A stretch of 64,000 nucleotides of DNA from Scyliorhinus canicula (Eukaryota): positions 201,899,703-201,963,702 of the forward strand of contig NC_052151.1 in assembly GCF_902713615.1 (NCBI RefSeq), written 5' to 3'. A model generated the notes under the pieces. It was not told the origin of the DNA and did not search any database. It saw only the letters and a program-made list of their open reading frames with translations. Positions 37,769 through 50,180 of this stretch are shown here, in pieces; position 1 is the first letter of the stretch, and each line of letters begins with the position of its first letter. The translations under genes and the position numbers were made by a program.

Positions 37769-38659
37769 AGATATCAGACTGCTGCCTGCATTGGATGTTC
37801 CTGCCTCCACTTTCTTTTCTGAGAAAAGGCAACTGTTGTGCTACGCCCCAGATAGTAACCCATACACCGAGGTGTGTAATACCCTTCTGGTGGAACGTGG
37901 GGGTGATTGCTGTGATGCATCACCGCTGGTTTCCTCGGAGCTCCCCTCCGAGGTGGTCCCTTGGGTGGCAGCAATGGGAACGGCTCCCGGTAGCCCAGCA
38001 TCATCAGATGACGATCCTGTGAGACAATGTGGTCAGTGAGAGAGAGTAAGATCATTTTTCTCTGACATTTACAATCACTTGAGGCAGGTCACCTGTACGA
38101 AGGGGCAGTGGGTCCTCACCTCGCTGACACTGGCCAACCTCGCTGTCAGTGACTGCTCTCTCCTCGGGCTGTCCCGCGATCTCCATGTCCCATTCCGCAT
38201 GGGGGAGGTGAGGACTGTGATCTCGGACATCCCACCCCCCATCTTCACCCTTTCACTCTTATTATGGGCTATCTTCTCCTGCTGGTACAAACAGAGGGCA
38301 TTGTGAGCTGCACGCTTGATGTTGCCACCTGGACATGAAGGGGTTTTGCTGGTGGGCGACAGGGGTTTCTGAGCAACAAGCCTTAAGATTGGATGTGGGG
38401 AGGGGGGGGGCGAGGTGTCAGCCAATTGATTGGAGGGGGGGAGAAGGGGTTTTGGGAATTTGAGCGGTGGCAGACCGATGCCAGGAGAGAGGTGGTAACT
38501 TACCCTTGCAGCTCGTTGGAGGGCGTTGGTCTTCTTCTGACATTGGATGTTGGTCCTCCCTTGTTAGCGCCGAGACGCTGAGGCTCAAGTCAGGTGAATC
38601 AGACGGCGGGGAGCCAGTAAGATCGTGAACCTCGTCACGGCTCATTTTAGGCACCCACG

Positions 38660-40100
38660 ACTAGCTCAGATACACGCACCTTGGTGGGAAATGTCAATGG
38701 TCAGGTTTCTGGGGCACAATCTGGGGAGCACCACACAGCTGCTGATGTACATCAGGTGGAGGCAGGAACCCCCCCAGGCGAGATAGCGGTCGGAGGGCTG
38801 CTGGATCTCAGGGCCCAGCTGGGTCCCAGCCTGATGCTGAGCCTCTGGAACAGGGTTACCCGGAGCTGATGGAGACGTTAGGGAGTGGCCGGGACAGTCA
38901 GAGGGAGATATGGGCAACACTCCAGCAGATCAATGGTGGCTTGGAGGATTCCCAGAGGCTACAGGCACTGGCGATGTCGCCAGCATTGCGTGACCGGGCG
39001 GCGACGGCAGTGGAGAGCCTGGTGCACAAAGTCGACACTATTAGTGAAGGTGTCCAAGGCGCCAACCAGTCAGAAACGGCCATGGGCGAGGGCCTCAGCA
39101 GAATGTCCGACCCTCCGGGATGACCCAATACCAGGCTGACTTTGATGAGGTTCTGTGGGACATGGCCCACTCTCAGATGGGCATGGCTGAGGGGCTGCGG
39201 AGAGTGGCCCAGTCACTGAGGAGCATCGATGAGGGCGTGGACACGATGGTGCAGACCATGGGGATCCGCCAGGACTGGCAGAGCCTGATGATGCAGGGGC
39301 AGCGGGGGCTCAAACCAGCTGCCCCTTGCCTTGTTATGCTCTTGACGTAACATAAACTGCTTCCTTGATGTGGACTCTGACAAAGGAAGGTTCAGACTTG
39401 GAGATAGCTTCAACACATTTATTGAACTATTAATAATTCTCCGACTTCGATTCGAAAGTACTGTTAATCCTGCTGTAGCTACTCAGACTGATGAACTAGT
39501 CTGCTGCAATCCACGTGGTGGGTGTGATGTTCAATCAACCCTGTGTCTGTACTCACTGACTTTCTCCACTGGAAAGAGAGAAGATCATGTGTGCTGTGTC
39601 CTTTATATATGGGTTGGTGTAATACCCTCCTGTGGTAGTGTCACCTCTGTGTGTATCGTGAATGCCCATTGGTTGTGTCCTATCTTACTGACCTATTGGC
39701 TGTGTGTCATGTCTCTGGTGCTCCCTCTGGTGTCTAGCTAGTCTACGTGTACTTATATTAACCCCTTGTGTATTTACAGTGATGCATATCACCACACCCC
39801 TCCATCCCAAGGTGAACCCCAGGGCCCTAAGGGCATCGTGTGGGAGGAGGGGGCGGGGCGCTGGGTCCCATGGAGTGGTGATGGCCTCCAGCTCCCCTGA
39901 GTGCCACCCCTCTGATGAGGCTGCGTCTCGCAGCCAGTACACAGGACAGGGTGGCACGGCTGGGCATGTGCTGCCGACAAGTGAGCCTGGAACCTGTCAG
40001 GGGCATCGAAGGCCACGGGATGTGGTAAGCAGCTCAGATCAGCATTCTGGGGAGACACCTAGATGGAGCACCTGGAGGGCCAGGCCAGGCACGTTGAGGA
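38660..40100 (+). mobile_element. Harbinger Myb/SANT ORF C-terminal fragment in the opposite orientation, interrupted by an LTR
   Basis: [17 protein letters not shown]...ATAVESL parallels the minus-strand copy ([18 protein letters not shown]...APAVENL). Confidence 0.55.
39332..39796 (-). mobile_element. Solo LTR in the Harbinger ORF fragment
   Basis: TGTTATG...CACCACA ends, TTTATT and TATA-like motifs; TSD unclear. Confidence 0.6.
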
Positions 40101-40758
40101 TCACTGAGGGCACCGGATGAGAGGGGGAGGGGTGTGTGTGTGTGTGTGTGTGAGGGGGTGGGGCGGGGGGTGGGGGGGAGCAGCACCATCGGAAGGCTGG
40201 GGAATAATAAAACACAATAACCACCCTTGACCACAACCCGCTGTCACTTTCTTCCGCAATGCGGCACAACCTCCAATCCCTTGGCCCATCTCCCCAGGCA
40301 ACCCCCTGGACTCTGTGTCCCTCACCCACCCTCCGGCCGTGGACATGTCCCCGGAGCCATGTCCCAGAGCCTCTGTGTTCGGATGTTGCGAGCGTGGTGT
40401 GACCTCCCGCAGTGTTCAAACACAGTGTCCAGGCATCAAGGTGTAATTGGGATGCTCGGCAATGACTCCCACGAGCTACACGGTCTGCACACCCTTGCAA
40501 ATCCACTAGGGTTGTGTGAAGTGCCCACTTCACCACGATTGGCAATTGCCTATTCGCAGTAGCCTTCAGCAGCACCAGAGGCCTCGGCAGTCGCTGGGGT
40601 TATGGGTGGTTGGTGGGGCAGACGGGCGGGACAGGAGTTGGCCCCCGAATAGGGTACACATGATCCAGGGGTTAGCATGGTGGTGACACACGGTTGCCTC
40701 CCCGGTTGCCACCCCAGCACGCCCCCCCTGTTGTGTTATGTAATTTGGAATAACACAA

Positions 40759-41430
40759 CTCTCCAGCTACACTCTTATTCCTAATATACGTATGTAATGC
40801 TTTGGGCTTCTGCTTAATCCTGTCCGCCAAGGACATTTTGAGACCCTTTTTTGCCCTCTTAACTTCCTGCTTGAGCTCTTTTCTTCTTTCCTTGTATTCT
40901 TCAAGTGCTTCATTGTTTTTTAGTTGTCTACACCTCACTTATGCATCCTTTTTCTTTTTGACTAGAATTGCAATTTCCCTGGTCATCCATGGTCCCTGAA
41001 TCCTACCTTTCCTGTCTTTCATTTTCACCGACAAATGCGTGTCCTGCACTCCCATCAACTGCTCCTTAAAAGATTCCCACATGCCAAATGTGGATTTACC
41101 CTCAAACAGCCCCTCCCAAACAACAGCCTCCAAATCCAGCCTAATCTGGTCGTAGCTGGCCTCCCGCAATGTAGCTCCTTAACCCGAGGACAACACCCGT
41201 CCTTTTCCATGAGTATCCGAAAGCTTACGGAATTGTGGTCACTGTTCACCACATGTTCCCCAACTGCAAGTTTGTTGACCTGGCCAGGCTCGTTCCTGAG
41301 TACTAGGTCCAGTATTGCCCCCTCTCTAGCCGGGCAGTCCACAAATTGTTCCAAAAAAACTTCCTGGACACACTTAACAAATTCCTCATCGTCCAGACCC
41401 CGAGCACTAAGAGATTTCTAGTCAATATGA
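40759..41430 (-). mobile_element. Old CR1 ORF2 fragment
   Basis: REGAILDLVL.NEPGQV...SDHNSV motif (41055..41354). Confidence 0.8.
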
Positions 41431-41499
41431 GGAATATTAAAGTCTCGCACTACAACAACCTTATTATTTCTACATGTATCCAGAATCTGCTTGCATATC

Positions 41500-44446
41500 T
41501 GTTCTTATACTTCCCGTGGGCTGTTTCTAACTTCTTTGAATAACCTTGAGGTAAATTTTGATCCTTGATCTGATTGTATTTCTGTGGGTAGTCCATATCA
41601 TAGACTTTAAATTACAGAATTTACAGTGCAAAAGGAGGCCATTCGGCCCATTAAGTCTGCATATCTAGTAAAGAATTGAAGTAACTCCACCACAATCTTT
41701 TTAGCTGTAATATTACGTACTAGAATGGCCTCTGGAAACCTAGGAGACACATCCATTATAGTCAAAAGATATTGGTTCCCACTTTTCGTTTGAGGAAGCG
41801 GTCCTACGCAATCAATTAGGGTGCTTGTAAAAGGTTCCTCAAATCCTGGAATGGGTATTAAGGGCGCTGGTTTTATCACTGCTTGAGGTATCCCTATCAC
41901 TTGGCATGTGTGACATGATTGACAAAATATAACTACATCTTTATGTAGTCCAGGCCAATAAAAATGTTTCTGGATTTTAGCTTGAGTTTTCCTTATTCCT
42001 AAATGACCTCCCACTGGTACCTCATGTGCAACTCACAACACCTCCTTTCTATACCCTACCGGCAATACTACTTGATGAACTTCTGCCCACTTTTCATCCG
42101 CCTACATATGTAAAGGTCTCCATTTTCTCATCAAGACATCACTTTTACGGTAATAACACTCTGGTATACACTCAGATTCCTCTTCCGTATATGCTTTCTA
42201 ATACATCCCTTTTATTTCTACATCTTTCTGTTGTAACTCCGCCAATTTTCCTGAACTAAAATTATCTGCCTCATCCTCCACCTGTTCTTGAACTTTTTCA
42301 ACCATCTGATCAAAAATCTTTTCTGATAATTTCAACTTCAACTTCATCTTCACTCTTTGATTTCTCCTCGTGTCTTAACCTGTGACTTTGCAACCTTGTT
42401 ACAACACAATCCGTAAAAATCCCAGGAAAAATCCCAGGATACTCATCCTTCAACTCTTCAGTTATCTGATTTTCCACTGGCTTATCAACCACAGTAGGCA
42501 TCACTCCCACCTGTGATCCAGCTACATCATTACCCAAGATAAACTGTATTCCTGGACAAGATAGTTTCTCTATTACTCCTACCACCACTTCACCACTCTT
42601 CACTGGACTTTCCAACCTTACCTTATATAATGGAACACTACTCCTCTCACCCTGAATTCCACATATCACCACCTTTTCTGGCAACATTCTTCCCAAACTA
42701 CATAACTCCTCATCTCTTACCATTAAAGATTGAGTAACTCCCGTATCCTGATACACATGAGTAAACTTTACTCACACAAGTAAATTCTTTGAAGAGATCT
42801 GGCACCTTCTTATCAATCACCTCTTGATCAGGCTGTACAATCGTTTGCACCTCCTTCGCTCCCCTTGGGATTTCCTTTACCACTCTAACAAATCCCACTG
42901 TCTTATCCTGTTTTACCGTATCACCCTTCCCAGTGCTTTTCTTCAACCACCAACACTGAGACTTTACATGGCCTAGTTTATTACAGTAAAAACATTTGAA
43001 ACTTTTTATTTCTTTTCCACCTTCCTGGATTTCTTTCTTAATCTGAGGTACACTCTCCTTCCTATCACCCATCAGATCTCCTTAACCTTTATCACCAGTA
43101 TTTCTCATGTCCCCAGTTTCTATCCCTCACCGGCTGAAACTGATGTTGGAAACCAAGCTTTGATTTATGAACTAATTCATAATCATCTGCCATTTCTGCT
43201 GCTAATCTCGCAGTTTTAACCCTTTGCTCTTCCACACGAGTTCTCACTACATCAGGAATTAAATTTTTTAACTCCTGAAAAGTATAATTTCTCTGAGAGC
43301 TTCATACGTTTGGTCTATTTTCGAAGCCCTTATCCACCTATCAAAATTACTCTGTTTGATCCTTTCAATCCTTTCGAATGTTTGACCAAATTCTTTCCTT
43401 AAATTTCTAAACCTTTGTCTGTAGGCTTCAGGCACTAACTCATATGCACCTAAGATGGATTTTTTCACCTCCTCATACATCCCAGATACCTCCTCCGGTA
43501 GTGATGCAAACACTTCACTAGCCCTACCTACCAGCTTTGTTTGAATCAGTAATACCCACATGTCTGTGGCCATTTCATTTGTTTATCCACCTTCTCGTCA
43601 AACCTTGGCAATGCTTGGACATATTTAAATAGATCCCCACCAAGCCTTTGACGCTCTTTCTCACGATCCTCATCACTATCCTCAAACTGTACATTTCCCT
43701 TTAAATCCACCAATTTTACCTGATTGTCATGTTTCTTGGCCATTTTCCAAAGTTCAAACTCTCTCTCTCTTTCTTTTTCCTCTCTCTCGCCTTCTTTTCC
43801 TCTCTCTCTCTCTCGTATTCAAGCTGCTTTAATTCTTTCTCATGTTCCATTTGTTTGATTTGTAACAGAATTTTTGCCATTTCCAATGATTCAAACTGTA
43901 TCTCAGTCAACTTTAAATGCTTAGCCACCACCATAATTACCTCATATTTTCGCATTTTGTCAGGTAATGTTAACTGCGATGTTTTTGCTAAATCTAACAG
44001 TCTGCTTTTAGTCTCTGTCCGTGAGGTACTGCGTGTGACCGTCTCCACGCCCAAAAACTTCTGAGCCTCTGAAAGAGCCATTGTCCACAACACATTCCCT
44101 AGTTAACTGAAATACCACACCTGAAAAGCAACCACAATATGCTCACCCCTCACTGCCTTTAAGTTTACTAAGCCAATCCAATACATAGACTTCTATCCCC
44201 CTCAAGCCCTCAATTTGTTATGGGCCAGGGTTTAGAGAACCCCAAAGTGTATCATGGAGTTCACCTGACCCACAACTTTTAATAGATTGTGGTGTGGGGA
44301 GCACACGGCCCACTCTACAGGTGTGGTACAGCAGAAATGGAAAAGTATTTTTTAAAGCAAAACAATGTTTATTCTATGAACTCAAGTTAACCTTTTTAAA
44401 ACATACAGTGAACACCTCAGCAACCATTAATTCAAATACAACACCC
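41500..44446 (-). mobile_element. Truncated Gmr1-like Gypsy retrotransposon (partial LTR, gag with SCAN-like region and CCHC, protease region, integrase)
   Basis: CFYCNKLGHVKSQC knuckle. The integrase (GGHLGIRKT...CHTCQ...IDCVGPLP...YLLTIMD) follows the protease region with no RT between them. The LTR begins TGTTA at about 44216 with a degenerate PBS beside it. Confidence 0.8.
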
Positions 44447-46112
44447 ATAGAACATAGAACACTACAGCGCAGTACGGGCCCTTCGGCCCTCGATGTTGCG
44501 CCGACCTGTGAAACCATCTGAAGCCTATCTGACCTACACTATTCCATTTTCATCCATATGTCTATCCAGTGACCACTTAAATACCCTTAAAGTTGGCGAG
44601 TCTACTACTATTGCAGGCAGGGCGTTCCACACCCCTACTACTCTCTGAGTAAAGAAACTGCCTCTGACATCTGTCCTATATCTCTCACCCCTCAATTTAA
44701 AGCTATGTCCCCTCGTGTTGGTCATCACCATCCGAGGAAAAAGACTCTCACTGTCCACCCTATCTAACCCTCTGACTATCTTATATGTCTCTATTAAGTC
44801 ACCTCTCAGCCTTCTCCTCTCTAACGAAAACAACCTCAATTCCCTGAGCCTTTCCTCGTAAGACCTTCCCTCCATACCAGGCAACATCCTAGTAAATCTC
44901 CTCTGAACCCTTTCCAAAGCTTCCACATCCTTCCTATAATGTGGTGACCAGAACTGCACGCAGTACTCCAGGTGTGGCCGCACCAGAGTTATGTACAGCT
45001 GCAGCATGACCTTGTGGTTCCGAAACTCAATCCCCCTGCTTATAAAGGCTAGCACACCATATGCCTTCTTAACAGCCCTATTAACCTGGGTGGCGACTTT
45101 CAGGGATTTATGTACCTGGATGCCGAGATCTCTCTGTTCATCTACACTACCAAGAATCTTGCCATTAGCCCAGTACTCTGCATTCCTGTTACTCCTTCCA
45201 AAGTGAACCACCTCACACTTTTCCGCATTAAACTCCATCTGCCACCTCTCAGCCCAGCTCTGCAGCTTATCTATGTCCCTCTGTATCTTATAACATCCTT
45301 CAGCACTATCCACAACTCCACCGACCTTCGTGTCATCTGCAAATTTACTAACCCATCCTTCTACACCCTCTTCCAGGTCATTTATAAAAATGACAAACAG
45401 CAGTGGCCCCAAAACAGATCCTTGCGGTACACCACTAGTAACTGAACTCCAGGATGAACATTTGCCATCAACCACCACCCTCTGTCTTCTTTCAGCTAGC
45501 CAATTACTGATCCAAACCGCTAAATCACCTTCAATTCCATACTTCCTTATTTTCTGCAATAGCCTACCGTGGGGAACCTTATCAAACGCCTTACTGAAAT
45601 CCATATACACCACATCAACAGCTTTACCCTGATCCACCTGTTTGGTCACCTTCTCAAAAAACTCAATAAGGTTTGTGAGACATGACCTACCCTTCACAAA
45701 ACCGTGTTGAGTATCACTAATCAACTTGTTCTTTTCAAGATGATTATAAACCCTATCTCTTATAATCTTTTCCAACATTTTACCCACAACCGAAGTAAGG
45801 CTCACAGGTCTATAATTACCAGGGTTGTCTCTACTCCCCTTCTTGAACAAGGGGACAACATTTGCTATCCTCCAGTCTTCCGGCACTTTTCCTGTCGACA
45901 AAGGCGACATAAAGATCAAGGACAAAGGCTCAGCAATCTCCTCCCTGGCTTCCCAGAGAATCCTAGGATAAATCCCATCTGGCCCAGGGGACTTGTCTAT
46001 TTTGACATTTTCTAAAATTGCTAACACCTCCTCCTTTTGAACCTTGTGGCTCCGAAACTCAATCCCCCTACTGATAAAGGCTAGCACACCATATGCCTTC
46101 TTAACAGCCCTA
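44447..46112 (-). mobile_element. 5'-truncated young CR1 (RT intact, 535-aa ORF) with a chimeric 5' end
   Basis: Near-identical to 22097-23700; the first 70 bp come from a downstream RT segment. Confidence 0.96.
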
Positions 46113-46490
46113 TGTTTTAACTTAATTCCCAGCTCCTGCAATTTTTATCGCACGGAATAGATCTCTTTTTGAGTCCGGTTAGTAACTTGTTTGAACTATT
46201 GACAATCGGAGCTGAACGTTTTAAGAACATCCCCCATTCTCAATTTGAGGGGATCCAACCAGGTCAGTGCAAAGCAGCAAGGCTGGCATCTGTGCACACA
46301 TCTTCAGCCAGAATGATGGAGAGAGACATCGCCTGAAAACCCCAGACATTCTGTCTGTGTAACAGGGAGTTCTTATCGGTTGAGCTCACTGTGAGGATCC
46401 TGGATTGACTTCGAAACACTAACCTTATGATCAGAATGATGGAACATTGCCAGCTGGGGCAAATTGCTAACTGAATGTTACAGAAGCAGA

Positions 46491-46554
46491 ATGCAAATAA
46501 AACACGGAATATATTAAGGAAACAGAGTTACTCCCAATTTGTGGGGGTATAAAT
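46491..46554 (+). promoter_or_regulatory. Core promoter of the defensin-like gene: octamer, CCAAT, TATA
   Basis: ATGCAAAT 46491-46498, CCAAT 46534-46538, TATAAAT 46548-46554, in non-repetitive sequence upstream of ATG 46626. Confidence 0.6.
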
Positions 46555-46625
46555 GCAGCGATCACTCGGAGACAGATTCAGAACATTTCCACTCTAGCTG
46601 TCTGATCCTGAGAAAGTTCCGAATC

Positions 46626-46707
46626 ATGGGGTTAGTGCAGTTTCTGATGCTGTGTACCATCGTGATGACTCCGTTTGTAACTGCTGAGTCCGAAATCGAC
46701 AAGAGAG
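46626..46707 (+). CDS. Beta-defensin-like gene exon 1, signal peptide and short propiece (MGLVQFLMLCTIVMTPFVTAESEIDKR)
   Basis: atcATGG start about 72 bp after TATAAAT. Hydrophobic leader, acidic propiece ending in KR. Phase-1 donor AG|GTGCCA (non-optimal) fits the exon 2 phase. Confidence 0.72.
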
Positions 46708-47384
46708 GTGCCAGATTTATCTGATCTTTCTGCTCCCATTCGATACATTATTCCTAACTGCATTTTTCTCTCTGATGCTAATATTTGATTTGCCTTTTCA
46801 TTTTTTTTTGCTCCGTGGGACGTGAGTGTTTCAAAACAGTCAAGCACTTCTCCAATTTTCCTTATCGAAGGTGGTGGTAAGTTGCCTTCTTGACCGTCTG
46901 CTGTCTACATGGTGCATGTACACCCACAGTGCTGTTAGGGAGGGAGTTGCAGGGTTATTGACTTATCGCGGAGGTGGAAAGGCATATATTTCCAAGTCAG
47001 GATGGTGAGTGGCTTGGAGGGGAATATGCAGGTGGCGGCGTTCCCATAGGTCTGCTGCTCTTTCCTTTCTAGATGATCAATATACTTCTGAAGGTGCATT
47101 GACAAGTGACTGCAGTGCATATTGCAACAAGCACACACTGCTGCCGACATGTATCTGTGTTGAGCGGAGTTTTTTGGGGTGCTGTTTAACAGGGTCACCT
47201 TTTCCTGGATGGTGTGAAGGTTCTTGAGTGCTGTTGGAGTGGCACTCATCCAGGCAAGTGGAGAATATTCCGGCATAATTCTAACTGCCAGTAACGCCAG
47301 AATCCCAATACCCCATCGTCTGGAGAATTGGGCGAGTTGAAAATCGTGGCCGGTGTCGGGTGCCCGACAGAACGCCATGATCTG

Positions 47385-47735
47385 GGGCAGCAGGGTAGCA
47401 TGGTGGTTAGCACAAATGCTTCACAGCTCCAGGGTCCCAGGTTCGATTCCCGGCTGGGTCACTGTCTGTGTGGAGTCTGCACGTCCTCCCCGTGTGTGCG
47501 TGGGTTTCCTCCGGGTGCTCCGGTTTCCTCCCACAGTCCAAAGATGTGCGGGTTAGGTGGATTGGCCATGCTAAATTGCCCGTAGCGTCCAAAAAGTAAG
47601 GTTAAGGGGGGGGGGGGCTGTTGGGTTACGGGTATCGGGTGGATACGTGGGTTTCAGTAGAGTGATCATGGCTCGGCACAACATCGAGGGCCGAAGGGCC
47701 TGTTCTGTGCTGTACTGTTCTATGTTATATGTTCT
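47385..47735 (+). mobile_element. HE1-like SINE in the defensin intron
   Basis: Full head and tail, TSD ATCTG. Confidence 0.88.
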
Positions 47736-48149
47736 ATCTGGTGCCTCGGCAGTAGCGTCAATGTGTTCCATACTGCGTGTACGGTCAACGCCATTGGTAT
47801 ATCATTAACGTGCCTGATCCGGTACTCCCCAGAGATCCCACGGTGTTCCACCTCCGCCCTGAGGAATTACCAATGGCTTGTTTTACTTGTCGTTTTAAAA
47901 ATCAGGAAACCGTGGCTGCTGAGGGAGAGAGAGGAGGTAGGACAAGAAGAGGCATGCTTAGGGGCTGCTGGTCCTGCCGCTGACAGGGCTGGCTGGAAGG
48001 GGGGGGGGGGGGGGGGTCCAGGGCCCGGGGGAGTAGCAAGGGGGGTGGCCAGGGGATGGGCCGTGTGGTCGGGGTGAACCCCCCCAGGACCAGGATGTCC
48101 GGGCACGGAGTGCCACTGCCAGGCACTGTAAGGCAGCCATCTTGCTGTG

Positions 48150-50180
48150 CACCCCACTGACCGCTCACTGTGACCCATGGTCGTGCAGAGTGACACCGGC
48201 CCCATAAGTCCCCCACCCCACCACCGCCGCACTCGAGAGCACCCTGCAGTGGTGGTGCCTGTCTGAGAGAATCAACAGCCAGCCGGTGAGGATGGGGTGC
48301 CGGCCACCCAACAGGACGATGAGGAGGAGGTGGGAGGGAGGTGGTGCATGAGGCCGTGTGTGTATCGGCAGCGCCTGTCATTCAGGGACCTGCTGGGCCG
48401 GGCATGCAGTCAAAGACTCCAGCTGAGCAAAGAGCAAAGAGCAATACAGCACAGGAACAGGCCCTTCGGCCCTCCAAGCCTGTACTGGTCATGATACCAA
48501 CCTTCACCAAAAGCCTAAAGAACAACTAAAACCCAAAAAAAACAAGGCGGACCGACTTTGTATCTGCCAGATCATGGTGCACATTGAACCGGGGGGAATG
48601 GGGGAGGACACCCACTCCCAGAGGCCATCAAGTTGACGGTCGCCCAGACGTTTTATGCCACGGGGTCCCACAGCGCCAAATGGGGACCTGCCTGGAATCT
48701 CACAGTTGCATTCTCGCCATTACAGAGGCCCGATATGTCCAGTCGGCACAGTGAACCGAGCCCACCAGGTTTGCCACGATGCCCCAAGGCCAGGGGGTAA
48801 TCGACAGGATCCATGGCGCCCTATTAGGAACGGCCCATGGCAGGCGAGTCTTCAGAAACCAAAAGGGGTTTCACTCGGTGAACGTGCGACCATGAACTGC
48901 ACATCATACACGTCTGCACCCGATTCCCAGGCAGAGTGCACAACGCCTTCATCTTGTCACACTCGATGGTCCGTGACATCTTCGAGGCACACCTCCAGGC
49001 ATGGGGTTGGCTATTGGGTGACAGGGTTTATATGCTGCAGTCGCTGATGACGAAAGGCCACGGACTGAGGAGGAGACCAGCTACAATGCCCATGCCACAA
49101 CCAGAGGCGTGATCGAGCGGTGCTTTGGCATCACCAGGGGCGTGATGGAGCGGTGCTTTGGCATCACCAGGGGCGTGATCGAGCGGTGCTTTGGCATCAC
49201 CAGGGGCGTGATGGAGTGGTGCTTTGGCATCACCAGGGGCGTGATCGAGCGGTGCTTTGGCATCACCAGGGCCATGATCGAGCGGTGCTTCGGCATCACC
49301 ATGGGCGTGATGGAGCGGTGCTTTGGCATCACCAGGGGCATGATCGAGCGGTGCTTCGGCATCACCAGGGGCATGATCGAGCGGTGCTTTGGCATCACCA
49401 GGGCCATGATCGAGCGGTGCTTCGGCATCACCATGGGCGTGATGGAGCGGTGCTTTGGCATCACCAGGGGCATGATCGAGCGGTGCTTTGGCATCACCAG
49501 GGGCATGATGGAGCGGTGCTTTGGCATCACCAGGGGCATGATCGAGCGGTGCTTTGGCATCACCAGGGCCGTGATGGAGCGGTGCTTTGGCATCACCAGG
49601 GCCGTGATGGAGCGGTGCTTTGGCATCACCAGGGGCATGATGGAGCGGTGCTTTGGCATCACCAGGGGCATGATCGAGCGGTGCTTTGGCATCACCAGGG
49701 CCGTGATGGAGCGGTGCTTTGGCATCACCAGGGCCGAGATCGAGCGGTGCTTTGGCATCACCAGGGGCATGATCGAGCGGTGCTTTGGCATCACCAGAGC
49801 CGTGATCGAGCGGTGCTTCGGCATCACCATGGGCGTGATGGAGCGGTGCTTTGGCATCACCAGGGGCGTGATGGAGCGGTGCTTTGGCATCACCAGGGGC
49901 ATGATGGAGCGGTGCTTTGGAATGCAGAAGATGCAGTTCAGTTGCCTGGACCACTCCGGACAGGCCCTCCAGCGTCTCACTGGCAGAGTCTCCCACATCA
50001 TGGAAAGTCTGCTGCCTCATCCACAACATCGCACAACAGAGGGGGATGAACGGCAGGCATGATCCAACAAGGAGGATGCGTACGGCCAGAATGGGCAGGG
50101 CATGGGGTCTGGGCAGGCAACACACAGGCTACTCCAATAGCCTCTAGAATTACTAACTAGGGGGCCTGATTGACAGCACG
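48150..50180 (+). mobile_element. Broken PIF/Harbinger DDE transposase (DDE_Tnp_4/HARBI1-like) with internal 33-bp array
   Basis: RP.VYR.RLSF.DL, GWLLGD.., YNAHATTRGVIERCFG...F.CLD motifs, with frameshifts and deletions. Confidence 0.85.
49100..49924 (+). repeat. 33-bp tandem array, 25 units, encoding (TRGVIERCFGI)n
   Basis: 825 bp / 33 = 25 units, frame open throughout. Confidence 0.95.

Larger units (their letters stand above)
33335..38660 (-). mobile_element. Second copy of the Harbinger Myb/SANT ORF remnant
   Basis: ORFs 33335..33853 and 38075..38425 are near-identical to those of copy 1. Confidence 0.65.
31730..40758. repeat. Segmental duplication copy 2, upstream region of the SLAM-like gene
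   Basis: Same order of elements as 1-7852; carries about 1.35 kb (38860-40205) absent from copy 1. Confidence 0.95.

Noticed and set aside
46821-46827. Strong GTGAGT donor as the end of defensin exon 1
   Set aside because: An in-frame TGA at 46722-46724 precedes it; only the donor at 46708 keeps the frame into the six-Cys exon.
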